Both the position numbers and the translations under genes were made by a program. Below are positions 34,389-44,200 of a DNA stretch of 64,000 nucleotides, one piece after another. The stretch lies in NCBI GenBank assembly GCA_017454945.1, contig JAFTCA010000013.1, positions 60,505 through 124,504 of the forward strand, in the 5' to 3' direction. The first letter of the stretch is position 1. Every line of letters starts with the position of its first letter. The stretch comes from Bacteroidales bacterium. GTDB taxonomy: Bacteria; Bacteroidota; Bacteroidia; Bacteroidales; WCHB1-69. The notes beneath the pieces are model-generated. The model had not been told where the DNA came from and searched no databases. It saw nothing but the letters and a program-made list of their open reading frames with translations.

Positions 34389-35621
34389 TTATTCTTCCTT
34401 TTTTCCATTATACTCAAAACCAATCTCTTCCACGGCTTTTTTTACGGCTTCGTCGTCAGGGGTGCCAGTGACGATGGCGAGATTGTGTCCAAGATCCACT
34501 TCCACTTTAGTTACACCATCCAGTTGGCTGATGGCTTTTTCGACCGACATTTTGCAGTGGTTGCAGCTCATGCCGCCGATTTGATAGATAATTTGGTCTT
34601 TGTTCATAGTTGTTTTGTTTTTTTTGTATTTTAAAATGAAAGCATTTGCTAAGAGGAGTACAAAGATACCACAAAAAATCATTTGTGAGACGGAGGGCCA
34701 CTGTGTGGTGTGGCAGCAGGCGTGATCAATGAAAGCGGGCATAAACCAGGATGCGGGCAGCAGATAGTCGACCACGATGCCGCCTGCGAGCGCACCGATG
34801 ATAATAGAAGCCATGTAGCATATCAGATTCTTGCGTCCCAGTGTTTTGCCGATTATCAGTATGTTGGCGATGCTGGCAGCCGGTCCGGCAACCAGAAATA
34901 CCAAGGCTGTGCCGGGAGTTAACCCCTTAAGTATCAGAGCTGCCGCAATAGGAATTGACCCCATGGTGCACACATACATAGGTATGGCAATGACCAACAC
35001 CAGCATCATCATGACAATAGGAGGCAGGTTCAGTGAGGCAAAGAAGTTGTCAGGCACGAAAACGGTAATCAGCGCACCTAATGCCAAACCGATAATAAGC
35101 CACTTGCCGATGTTTTGGAACATCTCAATAAAGCTGTAATATAGTAAATCCTTGATTTTCTGTCCGAAAGATCTCTTTTCAACATGCTTGGATGTGTTGT
35201 TATGCACCACAATCTCATCTTTCGAGAATTGTGCTGTAACGCAGCCGCCCGCCAATCCTGTAATGAGCGCTACCACGGGACGCAGAATAGCGAAGGGTAG
35301 GCCCAACATGGAGTAAGTGGCAATAATGGAATCGACACCCGTTTGCGGGGTGGCAATCATAAAGGCAACCGTGGCACCTCGCGAAGCGCCGTCTCTGCGC
35401 AGAGAGACCGCCGTGGGAATAACACCGCACGAACATAGTGGTAGGGGAATGCCTAACAGCGTGGCCCATAGCACCGATTTGAAGTTTTCCTGACCGAGAT
35501 ATTTCTCAAAAACACCTTGAGGCACAAAAACATGCAAGATGCCAGCAATGAGAAAGCCTATCATCAGATAGGGGGCCATTTCGCATAACATGCTGAAAAA
35601 TGAGAAGAGGATGGAGGACAT
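34389..35621 (-). CDS. Permease (DUF318/ArsP-like; SO_0444-type Cu/Zn efflux family) fused to a C-terminal heavy-metal-associated domain
   Basis: Polytopic permease with LPLCSCGVIP, plus a C-terminal HMA fold carrying GMSCNHC. Confidence 0.7.
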   Translation of the reverse strand: MSSILFSFFSMLCEMAPYLMIGFLIAGILHVFVPQGVFEKYLGQENFKSVLWATLLGIPLPLCSCGVIPTAVSLRRDGASRGATVAFMIATPQTGVDSIIATYSMLGLPFAILRPVVALITGLAGGCVTAQFSKDEIVVHNNTSKHVEKRSFGQKIKDLLYYSFIEMFQNIGKWLIIGLALGALITVFVPDNFFASLNLPPIVMMMLVLVIAIPMYVCTMGSIPIAAALILKGLTPGTALVFLVAGPAASIANILIIGKTLGRKNLICYMASIIIGALAGGIVVDYLLPASWFMPAFIDHACCHTTQWPSVSQMIFCGIFVLLLANAFILKYKKNKTTMNKDQIIYQIGGMSCNHCKMSVEKAISQLDGVTKVEVDLGHNLAIVTGTPDDEAVKKAVEEIGFEYNGKKEE

Positions 35622-35630
35622 GACGGTGAA

Positions 35631-35750
35631 TCGTTTAATTGTTGAAGTGTTGAAGTGTTGAAGTGAATAGTGAGAAGTGAGGAGTGAATAGTGAGCAGTG
35701 AGATGAAAGTTAAGAAGTTAAGGAACTAAGAAGTTAAGTGTTGTTGAGTT
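35631..35750. repeat. Composite word array (TTGAAGTG x3, AGTGAnn xN, GTTAAGAA/AACTAAG xN, GTTGTTGA)
   Basis: Read directly. Same word order as the array at 58587-58675. Confidence 0.9.
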
Positions 35751-35759
35751 GTTTGTGTC

Positions 35760-35805
35760 ATTCCGAGACGGTGGTTGAGCCTATCGAAAATGCCGTCGAA
35801 GGAAT
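35760..35805. repeat. Imperfect hairpin element embedded between word arrays
   Basis: ATTCCgaGACGG - 21 nt - CCGTCgaaGGAAT. Confidence 0.6.
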
Positions 35806-35807
35806 CT

Positions 35808-35926
35808 CTTTGAATTTTGAATTTTTATATTTGTTCTTTGTTCTCTGGATTTTGTTCTTTATTATGCATCGTGCATTGTGAATTATGAATTTGTTCTCTG
35901 TTCTTTGTCCTTTGAATTTTGAATTT
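35808..35926. repeat. Composite word array (TTGAATTT / TTGTTCT / TGTGAATT), bounded by 17-nt direct repeats CTTTGAATTTTGAATTT
   Basis: Read directly. Ends at the stop codon of the Cys-rich small ORF. Confidence 0.85.
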
Positions 35927-36076
35927 CTATTTATCATTACTGCAGGCATCTTTAAATTGACAACCTTCGCAGCCGCAACTGCACTTGCCTGATTTCCGTT
36001 GTTTGTAGCGGGCGTAAATGGCGGCGGCAACGGCTGCCAAAATGACGATGAGGATAATGATGCTTGCAGCGTTCAT
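35927..36076 (-). CDS. FeoB-associated Cys-rich small membrane protein
   Basis: Not in the ORF track (49 aa): MNAASIIILIVILAAVAAAIYARYKQRKSGKCSCGCEGCQFKDACSNDK. One TM helix plus a Cys cluster. Starts 20 nt after the feoB stop. Confidence 0.6.
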   Translation of the reverse strand: MNAASIIILIVILAAVAAAIYARYKQRKSGKCSCGCEGCQFKDACSNDK

Positions 36077-36095
36077 GGTGTTGTCATTTAAGCGA

Positions 36096-38459
36096 TTAGA
36101 TAAATAATCCGGCTATCAGATAACCAATCCAAGCGGCTACCCAAGCTACGGCACATTGGAAAAAGATCATCCAGAGTGCCCACTTGCTACCTAATTCGCG
36201 GCGTACCGATGCAATAGCGGCCACGCACGGTGTGTATAACAAGCTGAAAATGAGCAGTGGAATGGCAGTGAGGGTAGTCAACGACTCGGTCATATTAAGC
36301 ACTTCCATGGTGGAAACGACGCTCTCTTTGGCCAGGAAGCCCGAAATGAGTGAGGTGACAATGCGCCAGTCGTCCATGCCCAACGGCTGGAAGATGAAGG
36401 CAATGCCTCCGGCAATAGTGGCCAACATGCTGTCGGCGCTGTCTTCCACCATGTTGAAGCGGAAGTCGAACGATTGCAGGAACCACACCACCAACGTGGC
36501 CAGGAAGATGACGGTAAACGCTCTCTGTACAAAGTCTTTGGTCTTGTCCCATAATAGGTGGCCCACATTCTTGGCGCCGGGCATACGGTAGGGCGGCAGC
36601 TCCATGACAAAGGGCGTGGTCTCTTTGCTTTTGCGGAAAGCTTTGGAAATCAGGGCTACAACAATGCCGACGAGAATGCCTAGCAGATAGAGACCTACCA
36701 TAATTAATCCCGTGTGGTTGGGGAAGAAGGCGTTGGTGAGGAAGCCGTAAATGGCAATCTTGGCCGAGCAACTCATAAATGGCGTAAGAATGATGGTTCG
36801 CTTACGGTCGTAAGTTGATGGCAATGTGCGGGTGGCCATCACGCCGGGAACTGTGCAGCCGAAGCTGATGAGCATGGGCACGATGCTTCGTCCCGAGAGG
36901 CCCAACTTGCGTAGCAGACCATCCGAAATGAAAGCTATACGTGCCATGTAGCCACTATCTTCCATCAGTGAGAGGAAGAAGAAGAGTACGATGATGATGG
37001 GCACAAAACTGAGCACACTGCCCACACCGCCGAAGATGGCGTCCACAACGAGTGATCGGATGGGTTCGCTGACTTGCCATTCGACGAAGGCAGTGTTGAC
37101 CATGTCGCCCAGGGCGGTGATGCCCGCATCGAGCAGATCTTGCAGCCAGGCACCTATGACATCGAAGGTAAGCCAGAACACCAAGGCCAATATCAAAATG
37201 AACATAGGCAGCGCCGTGTACTTGCCTGTCAGCAGGCGGTCGATTTTGCCGCTTCTGACGCGGTCCTTGTTCTCTCTTGGCTTTACTACAGTTCTGGCAC
37301 ACAGATGTTTAATGAAGGCGAATCGCATGTCAGCCATAGCCGCATTGCGATCCAACCCGCGTTCTTCTTCCATCTGTTTGATAATATGTTCGATGGTTTC
37401 TTGCTCATTTTGAGTCAGTTGCAAGGCGCTCATAACACTCTCGTCACCTTCAACCAACTTGTCGGCTGCAAAACGGGAAGGCAAGCCGGCTTTTTCGGCA
37501 TGGTCCTCAATCAGGTGCATGATGCTATGCAGACAGCGGTGCACGGCGCCGCCTTCCTCATTCTTCACGCAAAAGTCCTGACGGATAGGCGTTTCCTGGT
37601 ATTTAGCCACATGGATGGCGTGTTCTACCAACTCGTCAACACCTTCATTCTTGGCTGCCGAGATGGGCACAACGGGAATGCCTAACAACTTCTCCATCTC
37701 ATTGATACGGATAGCGCCGCCGTTGTTCTTTACTTCGTCCATCATATTTAATGCCAGCACCATAGGAACCCCCAGTTCCATCAGTTGTACTGTCAGATAG
37801 AGGTTACGCTCAATGTTAGTGGCATCCACAATATTGATGATGGCCTTGGGCTTCTCGTTCAGAATCATGTTACGGGTGACAATCTCTTCGGCAGAGTAGG
37901 GCGACAGCGAATAGATGCCAGGCAGGTCGGTGACCAACGTGTCGGCGTGCCCTTTGATGGCGCCGTCTTTACGGTCAACAGTGATTCCAGGAAAATTGCC
38001 CACGTGCTGGTTGGCTCCTGTCAGTTGGTTGAAGAGGGTAGTCTTGCCGCTGTTTTGTTGGCCTGCCAAAGCAAAGGTCAGCTTAGAGCCCTTAGGCAGT
38101 GGATTTTCATCGGTTGCAGAATGGTATTTGCCTTCCTCACCCAAGCCAGGGTGGGCATTATGTTCATGCAACGCCGCATTATACGGCACATTGTCAATCA
38201 GAGAACCTAACTCTTCGTCGGGTTGTTGGGCCTTGTCGAGTGGAACAATCTCAATCTCAGCGGCTTCGGCCAATCGCAACGAGAGTGAATATCCGTGAAT
38301 CTTAACCTCCATCGGGTCGCCCAGAGGGGCATATTTGAGCACTTTGATTTCAGCACCCGGTATCAAACCCATATCTAAAAAGTGCTGTCGTAATGCTCCT
38401 TGTCCGCCAATGACTTGTATAAGAGCAGATTGTCCGATTTGTAATTCCTTGAGAGTCAT
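36096..38459 (-). CDS. feoB: Ferrous iron transporter, FeoA-FeoB fusion
   Basis: N-terminal FeoA SH3-like domain (LIQVIGGQGALRQHFLDMGLIPGAEI), G-domain GQQNSGKTTLFNQLTG, and a polytopic C-terminal domain. Confidence 0.95.
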   Translation of the reverse strand: MTLKELQIGQSALIQVIGGQGALRQHFLDMGLIPGAEIKVLKYAPLGDPMEVKIHGYSLSLRLAEAAEIEIVPLDKAQQPDEELGSLIDNVPYNAALHEHNAHPGLGEEGKYHSATDENPLPKGSKLTFALAGQQNSGKTTLFNQLTGANQHVGNFPGITVDRKDGAIKGHADTLVTDLPGIYSLSPYSAEEIVTRNMILNEKPKAIINIVDATNIERNLYLTVQLMELGVPMVLALNMMDEVKNNGGAIRINEMEKLLGIPVVPISAAKNEGVDELVEHAIHVAKYQETPIRQDFCVKNEEGGAVHRCLHSIMHLIEDHAEKAGLPSRFAADKLVEGDESVMSALQLTQNEQETIEHIIKQMEEERGLDRNAAMADMRFAFIKHLCARTVVKPRENKDRVRSGKIDRLLTGKYTALPMFILILALVFWLTFDVIGAWLQDLLDAGITALGDMVNTAFVEWQVSEPIRSLVVDAIFGGVGSVLSFVPIIIVLFFFLSLMEDSGYMARIAFISDGLLRKLGLSGRSIVPMLISFGCTVPGVMATRTLPSTYDRKRTIILTPFMSCSAKIAIYGFLTNAFFPNHTGLIMVGLYLLGILVGIVVALISKAFRKSKETTPFVMELPPYRMPGAKNVGHLLWDKTKDFVQRAFTVIFLATLVVWFLQSFDFRFNMVEDSADSMLATIAGGIAFIFQPLGMDDWRIVTSLISGFLAKESVVSTMEVLNMTESLTTLTAIPLLIFSLLYTPCVAAIASVRRELGSKWALWMIFFQCAVAWVAAWIGYLIAGLFI

Positions 38460-38466
38460 GATGAGA

Positions 38467-38537
38467 TTTAGTTGTTAGTCTTTAGTTTTTAGTTGTTAGA
38501 TAATCTATCTAATTATAAATTATTAATTGTACATTGT
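38467..38537. repeat. TTAGTTG-word array followed by TAATTGT/ATAAATT words
   Basis: Same word family and orientation as 31141-31168. Lies between the porin stop and the feoAB start. Confidence 0.85.
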
Positions 38538-38543
38538 TCATTA

Positions 38544-39650
38544 TCAAAAGCTTATCCCCAATCGTAGGGCCATAAACAAAGGATTTTTGTAAGTTTCTTC
38601 GGTGCCGGCAGGGGTGATGATGTATTGGATGTCAGGTTGTAAGTAGAAGTGCTCGTTGAAGGTGTATTGATAGGTGAATTCAAGGGCGGTTTCTTGTCCA
38701 AAGTCATTATTCAACCATGAGGATGTACAAGCCAAGCCCAAACAATCTTTCCCTTTTTTTGAGAAAATGCCCGTAAAATGCATTCCTGCAGACCAATGGA
38801 CAAAGTTTTCACTCTTTGCTTTGGGAGTCCATGCGGCTGTCAGGAACAGAGCTAGATTGCGTTCCTGCCGTTTCCACAAGATTTGTTCGCCACAAAAATG
38901 GACTTCTATAAGGCGTTTGGCGGTCTGATAGACGGTACCAATTTTGTACGTGCCTGCCATCTCTTGACGGATATTGGTGAGGAACTCGATTTCGCCAGCA
39001 ATGACGGCGCCTTTATCGGGTCTAAAGCGCCATTTTATATTGTAAGGGTTTTCGTCAAATCCCAATGGCGAATCGTAAGCACCTGCTCTGATGTTGAGCC
39101 ATGGGGTGGCATTCCAATTCACGGTCAGTCCCCATGAGTTGATAGGAAAAATGGGCACATCAAAAGAGCTGGCCAAAACAGAGTTGATACCGAAAGAGCT
39201 GTTTAAAAACAGAGAGGCATGGTCAAGAAAAGCATAAGCGGCATTGAAATCGTGCAGACCTGCAGTGATGTCAACGGGACCGATATTCTGTTGGAAATAA
39301 ATGTTTTGCAAAAATATATGATTGCCAGCTTCGATATTGTCGGCTACTTGGAAATCGCCTAACCACGAGTCTGTCGGGGTCGCTCCATGAGTGGAGGCCC
39401 CGCCAATAGTGAGACTGCCACCTTTCCACCAGCCAGCAGCTTCGGTATTGAAGGTGATGTTCATGGTAGCGTATCCTAAAAAGCCAAAACCATGTTGGAT
39501 GCCGCCCATGGCATTACCTGCAAAATCGCCCGTATAGGTGGCCTCAAAGTCGAATAGGCGACGTGGAGGCTCTGGCAAGCTGTCAGGGGATTGTGCTGAA
39601 AGGTTGTGTGCCACATTCATTAATATGCAACTAAGGCATAGCGTTTTCAT
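38544..39650 (-). CDS. OprB-like (carbohydrate-selective porin family) outer-membrane porin
   Basis: Signal peptide MKTLCLSCILMNVAHNLSAQ, beta-barrel pattern, C-terminal LRLGISF. Start chosen at 39650 so the signal peptide is N-terminal (the track start is 39773). Confidence 0.5.
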   Translation of the reverse strand: MKTLCLSCILMNVAHNLSAQSPDSLPEPPRRLFDFEATYTGDFAGNAMGGIQHGFGFLGYATMNITFNTEAAGWWKGGSLTIGGASTHGATPTDSWLGDFQVADNIEAGNHIFLQNIYFQQNIGPVDITAGLHDFNAAYAFLDHASLFLNSSFGINSVLASSFDVPIFPINSWGLTVNWNATPWLNIRAGAYDSPLGFDENPYNIKWRFRPDKGAVIAGEIEFLTNIRQEMAGTYKIGTVYQTAKRLIEVHFCGEQILWKRQERNLALFLTAAWTPKAKSENFVHWSAGMHFTGIFSKKGKDCLGLACTSSWLNNDFGQETALEFTYQYTFNEHFYLQPDIQYIITPAGTEETYKNPLFMALRLGISF

Positions 39651-39801
39651 TTGCGTTAAAGCATAATGGCTAGTGTTTATCAGTCGTATAATGACTGATG
39701 AACACAATCGGTACGTTTTTGATTTTCCATGATGGCCGTCGTGGAAAATCAAAGGAGTCCTTCGATTTTTCATTAGTAGGTGTGTTGCTATAAATTTGTT
39801 G

Positions 39802-39809
39802 CAAAAATA
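39802..39809 (-). promoter_or_regulatory. Bacteroidota -7 promoter box for the porin-feoAB operon
   Basis: TATTTTTG on the minus strand, about 150 nt upstream of the chosen porin start (39650). Confidence 0.4.
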
Positions 39810-39830
39810 CTGCGACTTTATTTCCCTGTC

Positions 39831-39850
39831 AATCCCTATTAATAGGGATT
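39831..39850 (-). terminator. 20-nt perfect palindrome downstream of the gene ending at 39912
   Basis: AATCCCTATTAATAGGGATT. The T-run is on the plus side only, so terminator function on the minus strand is uncertain. Confidence 0.3.
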
Positions 39851-39911
39851 TTTTCTTGAAAATCTACTTAAATGCGTAGTTTGGCGTTGAAACAATGCAG
39901 AAAAAGTTGGC

Positions 39912-41192
39912 TTAGGTCTTCTGTTGTTGCTTCTTGGCTGCAGGGAATAGTACATTGTTGAGAATCAGTCTGTAACCTGCCGAATTGGGGTAGAGATCCA
40001 AGTCGGTGGCCTTGTCGTTCACCAAATGTTGGTAGTCTTCTGGATCGTGGCCCGAGTAGAATGTCCATGTGCCGCGCCCGTATTCACCGTGTATGTAGCG
40101 TGCTTCGTCAAATTGCGGAGCATCGCCCATAATGACTACTGTAGGCTTGATTTTGTCTTTCTTGAACGCTGTCGTTTGTCCCATAAAGCCCGGAATAACC
40201 GTCAAGTGGTTCTGGCAGAGCATACAGGGCACAGGGTCCCATTTGGCCGAGAATTCGAATAAGGTGAAGAAGTCGTTCTTCTTGTTGTTGAAATGCAACT
40301 GCGCTTCCACGTCAATGTCCGAAATTTCGTATTCGTATGCATTGGTGACAATGTGGAAATTGGTGAAAGCGAAGGTGTTGTCGTAATTTAGCTTTGATTG
40401 GGCGTCGGGGTCCATCGGGTCACCGTCGAACATGACATCGCAGATGTCCACACCATCTGCCGCCAGGGCCACGTCATAGCTGTCGGGGCCTGAGCACATG
40501 GCGAAGAGGTAGCCGCCACCAGCTACAAAATCACGTATTGATTTGGCCACAGCTAACTTCATCTGTGAAACCTTTGAGAAGCCCAATTTAGTGGCCATAT
40601 CCTTGTTTTCTTGCACATCTTGTTGATACCATGCCGCATTGCGATAACTCATCCAAAACTTGCCGAATTGGCCCGTGAAATCTTCGTGGTGCAAGTGCAG
40701 CCAGTCGTACTTGGGCAGTGAGCCACTGAGCACCTCCTCATCGTAAATCACATCGTAGGGAATTTCGGCATAGGTAAGCACCAACGTCACTGCATCGTCC
40801 CATGGCAATTTGTTCTTGGGTGAATAAACCGCGATTTTGGGAAGTTTGGTGAGTCTTATCTCGTTCATATTGGCGTCGATAGCGGCAATCTCCTGTTGGA
40901 TAGCCTCGGCTTGCACATCGGCAATCACTTGGTAGGAGACATTGCGCACCACACACTCGTTCTCAATAGATGACGCATACTGGCACATGAAACTGCCGCC
41001 TCGGTAGTTAAGTAGCCAGCTCATATCAACATCGTGGGCCACTGCAAAGTAGGCTATGCCGTACGCCTTGAGATGGTTTTTCTGTGTCAGATCCATGGGG
41101 ATTAAGATGTAAGAGGCGAAAACCGAGGTGTGCAGGAATAGCAGAATTAGTAAGGTAAGAATCTGTTTTCCAGTTTGATATAGTAGTTTCAT
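39912..41192 (-). CDS. Secreted protein of unknown function (possible class-I glutamine-amidotransferase/DJ-1-like elbow)
   Basis: Signal peptide, then SYILIPMDLTQKNHLKAYGIAY. The YLFAMCSGPDS segment resembles a GATase1 nucleophile elbow. Start at 41192 (MKLLYQ) avoids overlap with the upstream gene. Confidence 0.5.
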   Translation of the reverse strand: MKLLYQTGKQILTLLILLFLHTSVFASYILIPMDLTQKNHLKAYGIAYFAVAHDVDMSWLLNYRGGSFMCQYASSIENECVVRNVSYQVIADVQAEAIQQEIAAIDANMNEIRLTKLPKIAVYSPKNKLPWDDAVTLVLTYAEIPYDVIYDEEVLSGSLPKYDWLHLHHEDFTGQFGKFWMSYRNAAWYQQDVQENKDMATKLGFSKVSQMKLAVAKSIRDFVAGGGYLFAMCSGPDSYDVALAADGVDICDVMFDGDPMDPDAQSKLNYDNTFAFTNFHIVTNAYEYEISDIDVEAQLHFNNKKNDFFTLFEFSAKWDPVPCMLCQNHLTVIPGFMGQTTAFKKDKIKPTVVIMGDAPQFDEARYIHGEYGRGTWTFYSGHDPEDYQHLVNDKATDLDLYPNSAGYRLILNNVLFPAAKKQQQKT

Positions 41193-41218
41193 GAGTGGAT
41201 AATTAATAAGTGTCGTGG

Positions 41219-44200
41219 CTATCGTATCAATGTGATGTTGCCTTTTTTGATGAAGCGTTGTTTCCCGTGGCATGTGGCTTCCAGATAGAAATCATATATG
41301 CCGGGCTGGCAAATCTTGCCTCTGAAAGTGCCGTCCCAACCATCTTCAATATTCTCACTTTCAAATACTTTCTCGCCCCATCGGTCGTAGATGCGGAGGA
41401 TGAACGACAAGAGGAACTCATTGCCGCGCACATAGAAGACGTCGTTCTTGCCGTCGCCGTTGGGCGTGAAGGCGTTGGGTACAAAGATGAATGGCTCTTT
41501 GCAGATCACTTCTTTCACTTTGACACAAGCGGTATCCTGCTTGCGACAGCCGTTGAGGTCGGTGACGGTAACCGTGTAGCACATGGTGCGCTGCGGTGTG
41601 GCAAGGGTGTTAGCCTGATTGGGGTTCTCCAAGCCTTGTGAGGGCGACCAGCTATATTGATAGCCGTCAATAGTGGTAGCGTGCAAATTGGTGCTTTCGC
41701 CTTCGAAAACAGTGTCAGGGTCGCACCATGCGTTAAAGTCGGCAGGAGTGAAGGAGGTGATGATGACCTCCGTCTCTGTGGAGGCGGTGCAGCCCATATC
41801 GCTGGTGACCGTCACGCGGTAACGTGTGGTTTGTCGCGGTGCTACCGTAGGACTATTGGTGTTGCCGCCACTGATAATGCCGTCGCTGGGTTGCCAGTCG
41901 TAGGTGTAGTTTTGGGGCTTGTTCGAGTTGACTTCCACTAACAAGGTCGTGGCCCCATCATCGCAAATGGCATATTGCTCAGGCATATTTAATTCCAACA
42001 CAACTACATCCACGGTAACGTTGGCGAAATCTTTGCAATAATCGCTGATCACTTGCATGTAGTAAGTTGTTCTTTCAGTCGGTGCTACCCGTACCGACGA
42101 GGACTCCTCATCATTGATGCGGGGCGACATGGTAGGAGATAGCGACCATGTTACTTTGGGGTGAAGTCCTTCAATAACAGGATCCAAAAGAATCGAATCA
42201 CCTAAACATACATACAAATTTTCAGGCATGTCAATGGTAATATCATCAATGTAAACGGTCTGTTCCATCGTATCAACGCAGTTGCCGTCAGTGATGAATA
42301 GTTTGTAAGTAGTTGTGGATGTAGGCGATGCATTGGGATTGGACAGGTTGGGATTATCGAGGCCCGTTGACGGCTGCCAACGGTAACGGATATCCTCATT
42401 ACCACTCGGTGGAATGCCAATTTGTACTTGTCCCTCTTTGCAGCATCCTAAGTCGGGCAGCTTTTCGTATGAGTTGGATAACACTACCAACGACTTGGTG
42501 ACTGTATCGCCAAAGTTGCAGCTTGTGAGGTCGTTAACAATTAGGGAAACATCGTAAGTACCTGATTTAGTGAATAAATGTTTGGGGTTTTTCTCTTTGG
42601 AGTTTGTGCCGTCTCCAAAGTCCCAGATATATTCAGTTGAGTTGTCGCTGATACTTTGCGAGGTGTTTTCAAATTCTATTTCGTAGGGGGCGCAAATGGT
42701 GTTAGGCATGATAAAGTCGGCAATAACCGAAGGCAGGTTAAAGTCGAACTTGATAAGGCCGATATTGCAGTTGGTGCTGCGGTTACGCCGCGACCATGCG
42801 CCAGCGGTGGTAGGGAAGTTGCTGATACCGCCGCAGCCGGCGCAAACGGCTTGGTAAATCTTGCCTTTCTTGTCGAAACGGCTGGTGCCACCGTCCACAT
42901 GCTCGTCGGCGTTGGGACTGCCGAAGTAAGTGGCGTAAACCAAGCGTGAAACATTGTCGTCCAGGCAGATAAAGTAATAGTCGTTATTGTCGGTGGTGTG
43001 TTGGAAAGCATCTTGGGTGACGGGCAGGCCGCTGGTGCCACCAAAGTTGTTAAGGTTTCTACTGCCCCAACCAGACATGTAGATGTTGTGGCACAAGTCG
43101 ATAAGCAGAGCTGAAGGGGAAAGGTCGGGACCACCTCTGCCAGTGCCGAAGGCCGTGGACCACAATATCTTATCTAGCTCGTGCGAGAGCTTTGTCAGAA
43201 ATTGGCCACCGCTATACACATACCAGCTTACGTTCTTAATCCACTTGTCACCAGTGGCATTCGTTTGGCCGAATACATACGGAAATCCTTGGCGGTCACC
43301 CTTGATAAGATAAGTCTGGTCGTAACCCGTAAAGCCCAAATAGGTACAGTTGATGATGGTGTTGCCATCGTTGCTAATGCGCGAGATGAAACCATCGACA
43401 CCATTGCTGGCAATGGTGCGTTGATAGGCATTGCTGGTGGTGGGGAGATTGGATGACAGGGTGCCACCGCAAACATAAATGCTGTTGTCTACACCTAAAA
43501 AAACACTGTAGGCAGCGTCGTCATTGTTGCCACCTAAGTAAGAACCCCAAACCAGATTACTCAGGTTGTTATTCATCTTGAAAATGCAACCGTCCTGATT
43601 GCCGCCACCAAACTGTCGCTGGAAGGCCTTGCTCGTAGTGGGGAAGTTGCGCGATTGCGTACAGCTGACCACATATACATTGCTGTGATTGTCAACGAGA
43701 ATCTCGCCACGCACTTCATCTGCATAATTAACTTTAAGATTTGATGCTACGTTCAAGCCGTCATTGCCAGTGCCTCCCAGATAGGTGGAGCCTAAAAGCG
43801 CTGTTCCTGCGCTATTTAGCTTAACAACTACCAGGTCGGAGCCACTGCGATAATGCAACGCCGAGGTGAGCGTGTAGTTGGTGCCACCTTTGAAAGCGCG
43901 CTGGTAGGCGTCGGAGGTGGTGGGGAAGTTGTCAGAGCCCGTCGTTCCTAAGATGTAGAGCTCGTCATTTTCGTTCACCACCATACTGTGAGGAATGTCC
44001 ACGCCAGCACCGCCAATGTAAGTGGAATACTGCAAAAAGGCACCGTCAGAATCAAATTTGCTGATGGAGATATCACAATCACCACCACCATATTTGATTT
44101 GGAATGCACCTGTGGTTGTGGGATAGCCGATGGCGAAGACATTACCGCCGGCATACAGATTGCCGTAGTTGTCGTAAGTGGCCGAATAGCCCCAGTTGTC

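Noticed and set aside
35758-36030. A 90-aa track ORF in the feoB-permease spacer.
   Set aside because: It is translated mostly from the low-complexity word arrays and the hairpin. It overlaps, in another frame, the much more convincing 49-aa FeoB-associated Cys-rich ORF (35927-36076).
39661-39720. A Fur-box-like AT-rich segment (…TCATTATACGACTGATAAAC… on the minus strand) in the porin-feoAB leader.
   Set aside because: It only loosely resembles the enterobacterial 19-bp consensus. The Bacteroidota Fur operators are not known to me well enough to call it.
39651-39773. An N-terminal extension of the porin (track start 39773), which would sit only 29 nt from the promoter box.
   Set aside because: It would bury the clear signal peptide (MKTLCLSCILMNVAHNLSAQ) 41 residues inside the protein. 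This remains ambiguous and should be settled by TSS or Ribo-seq data.
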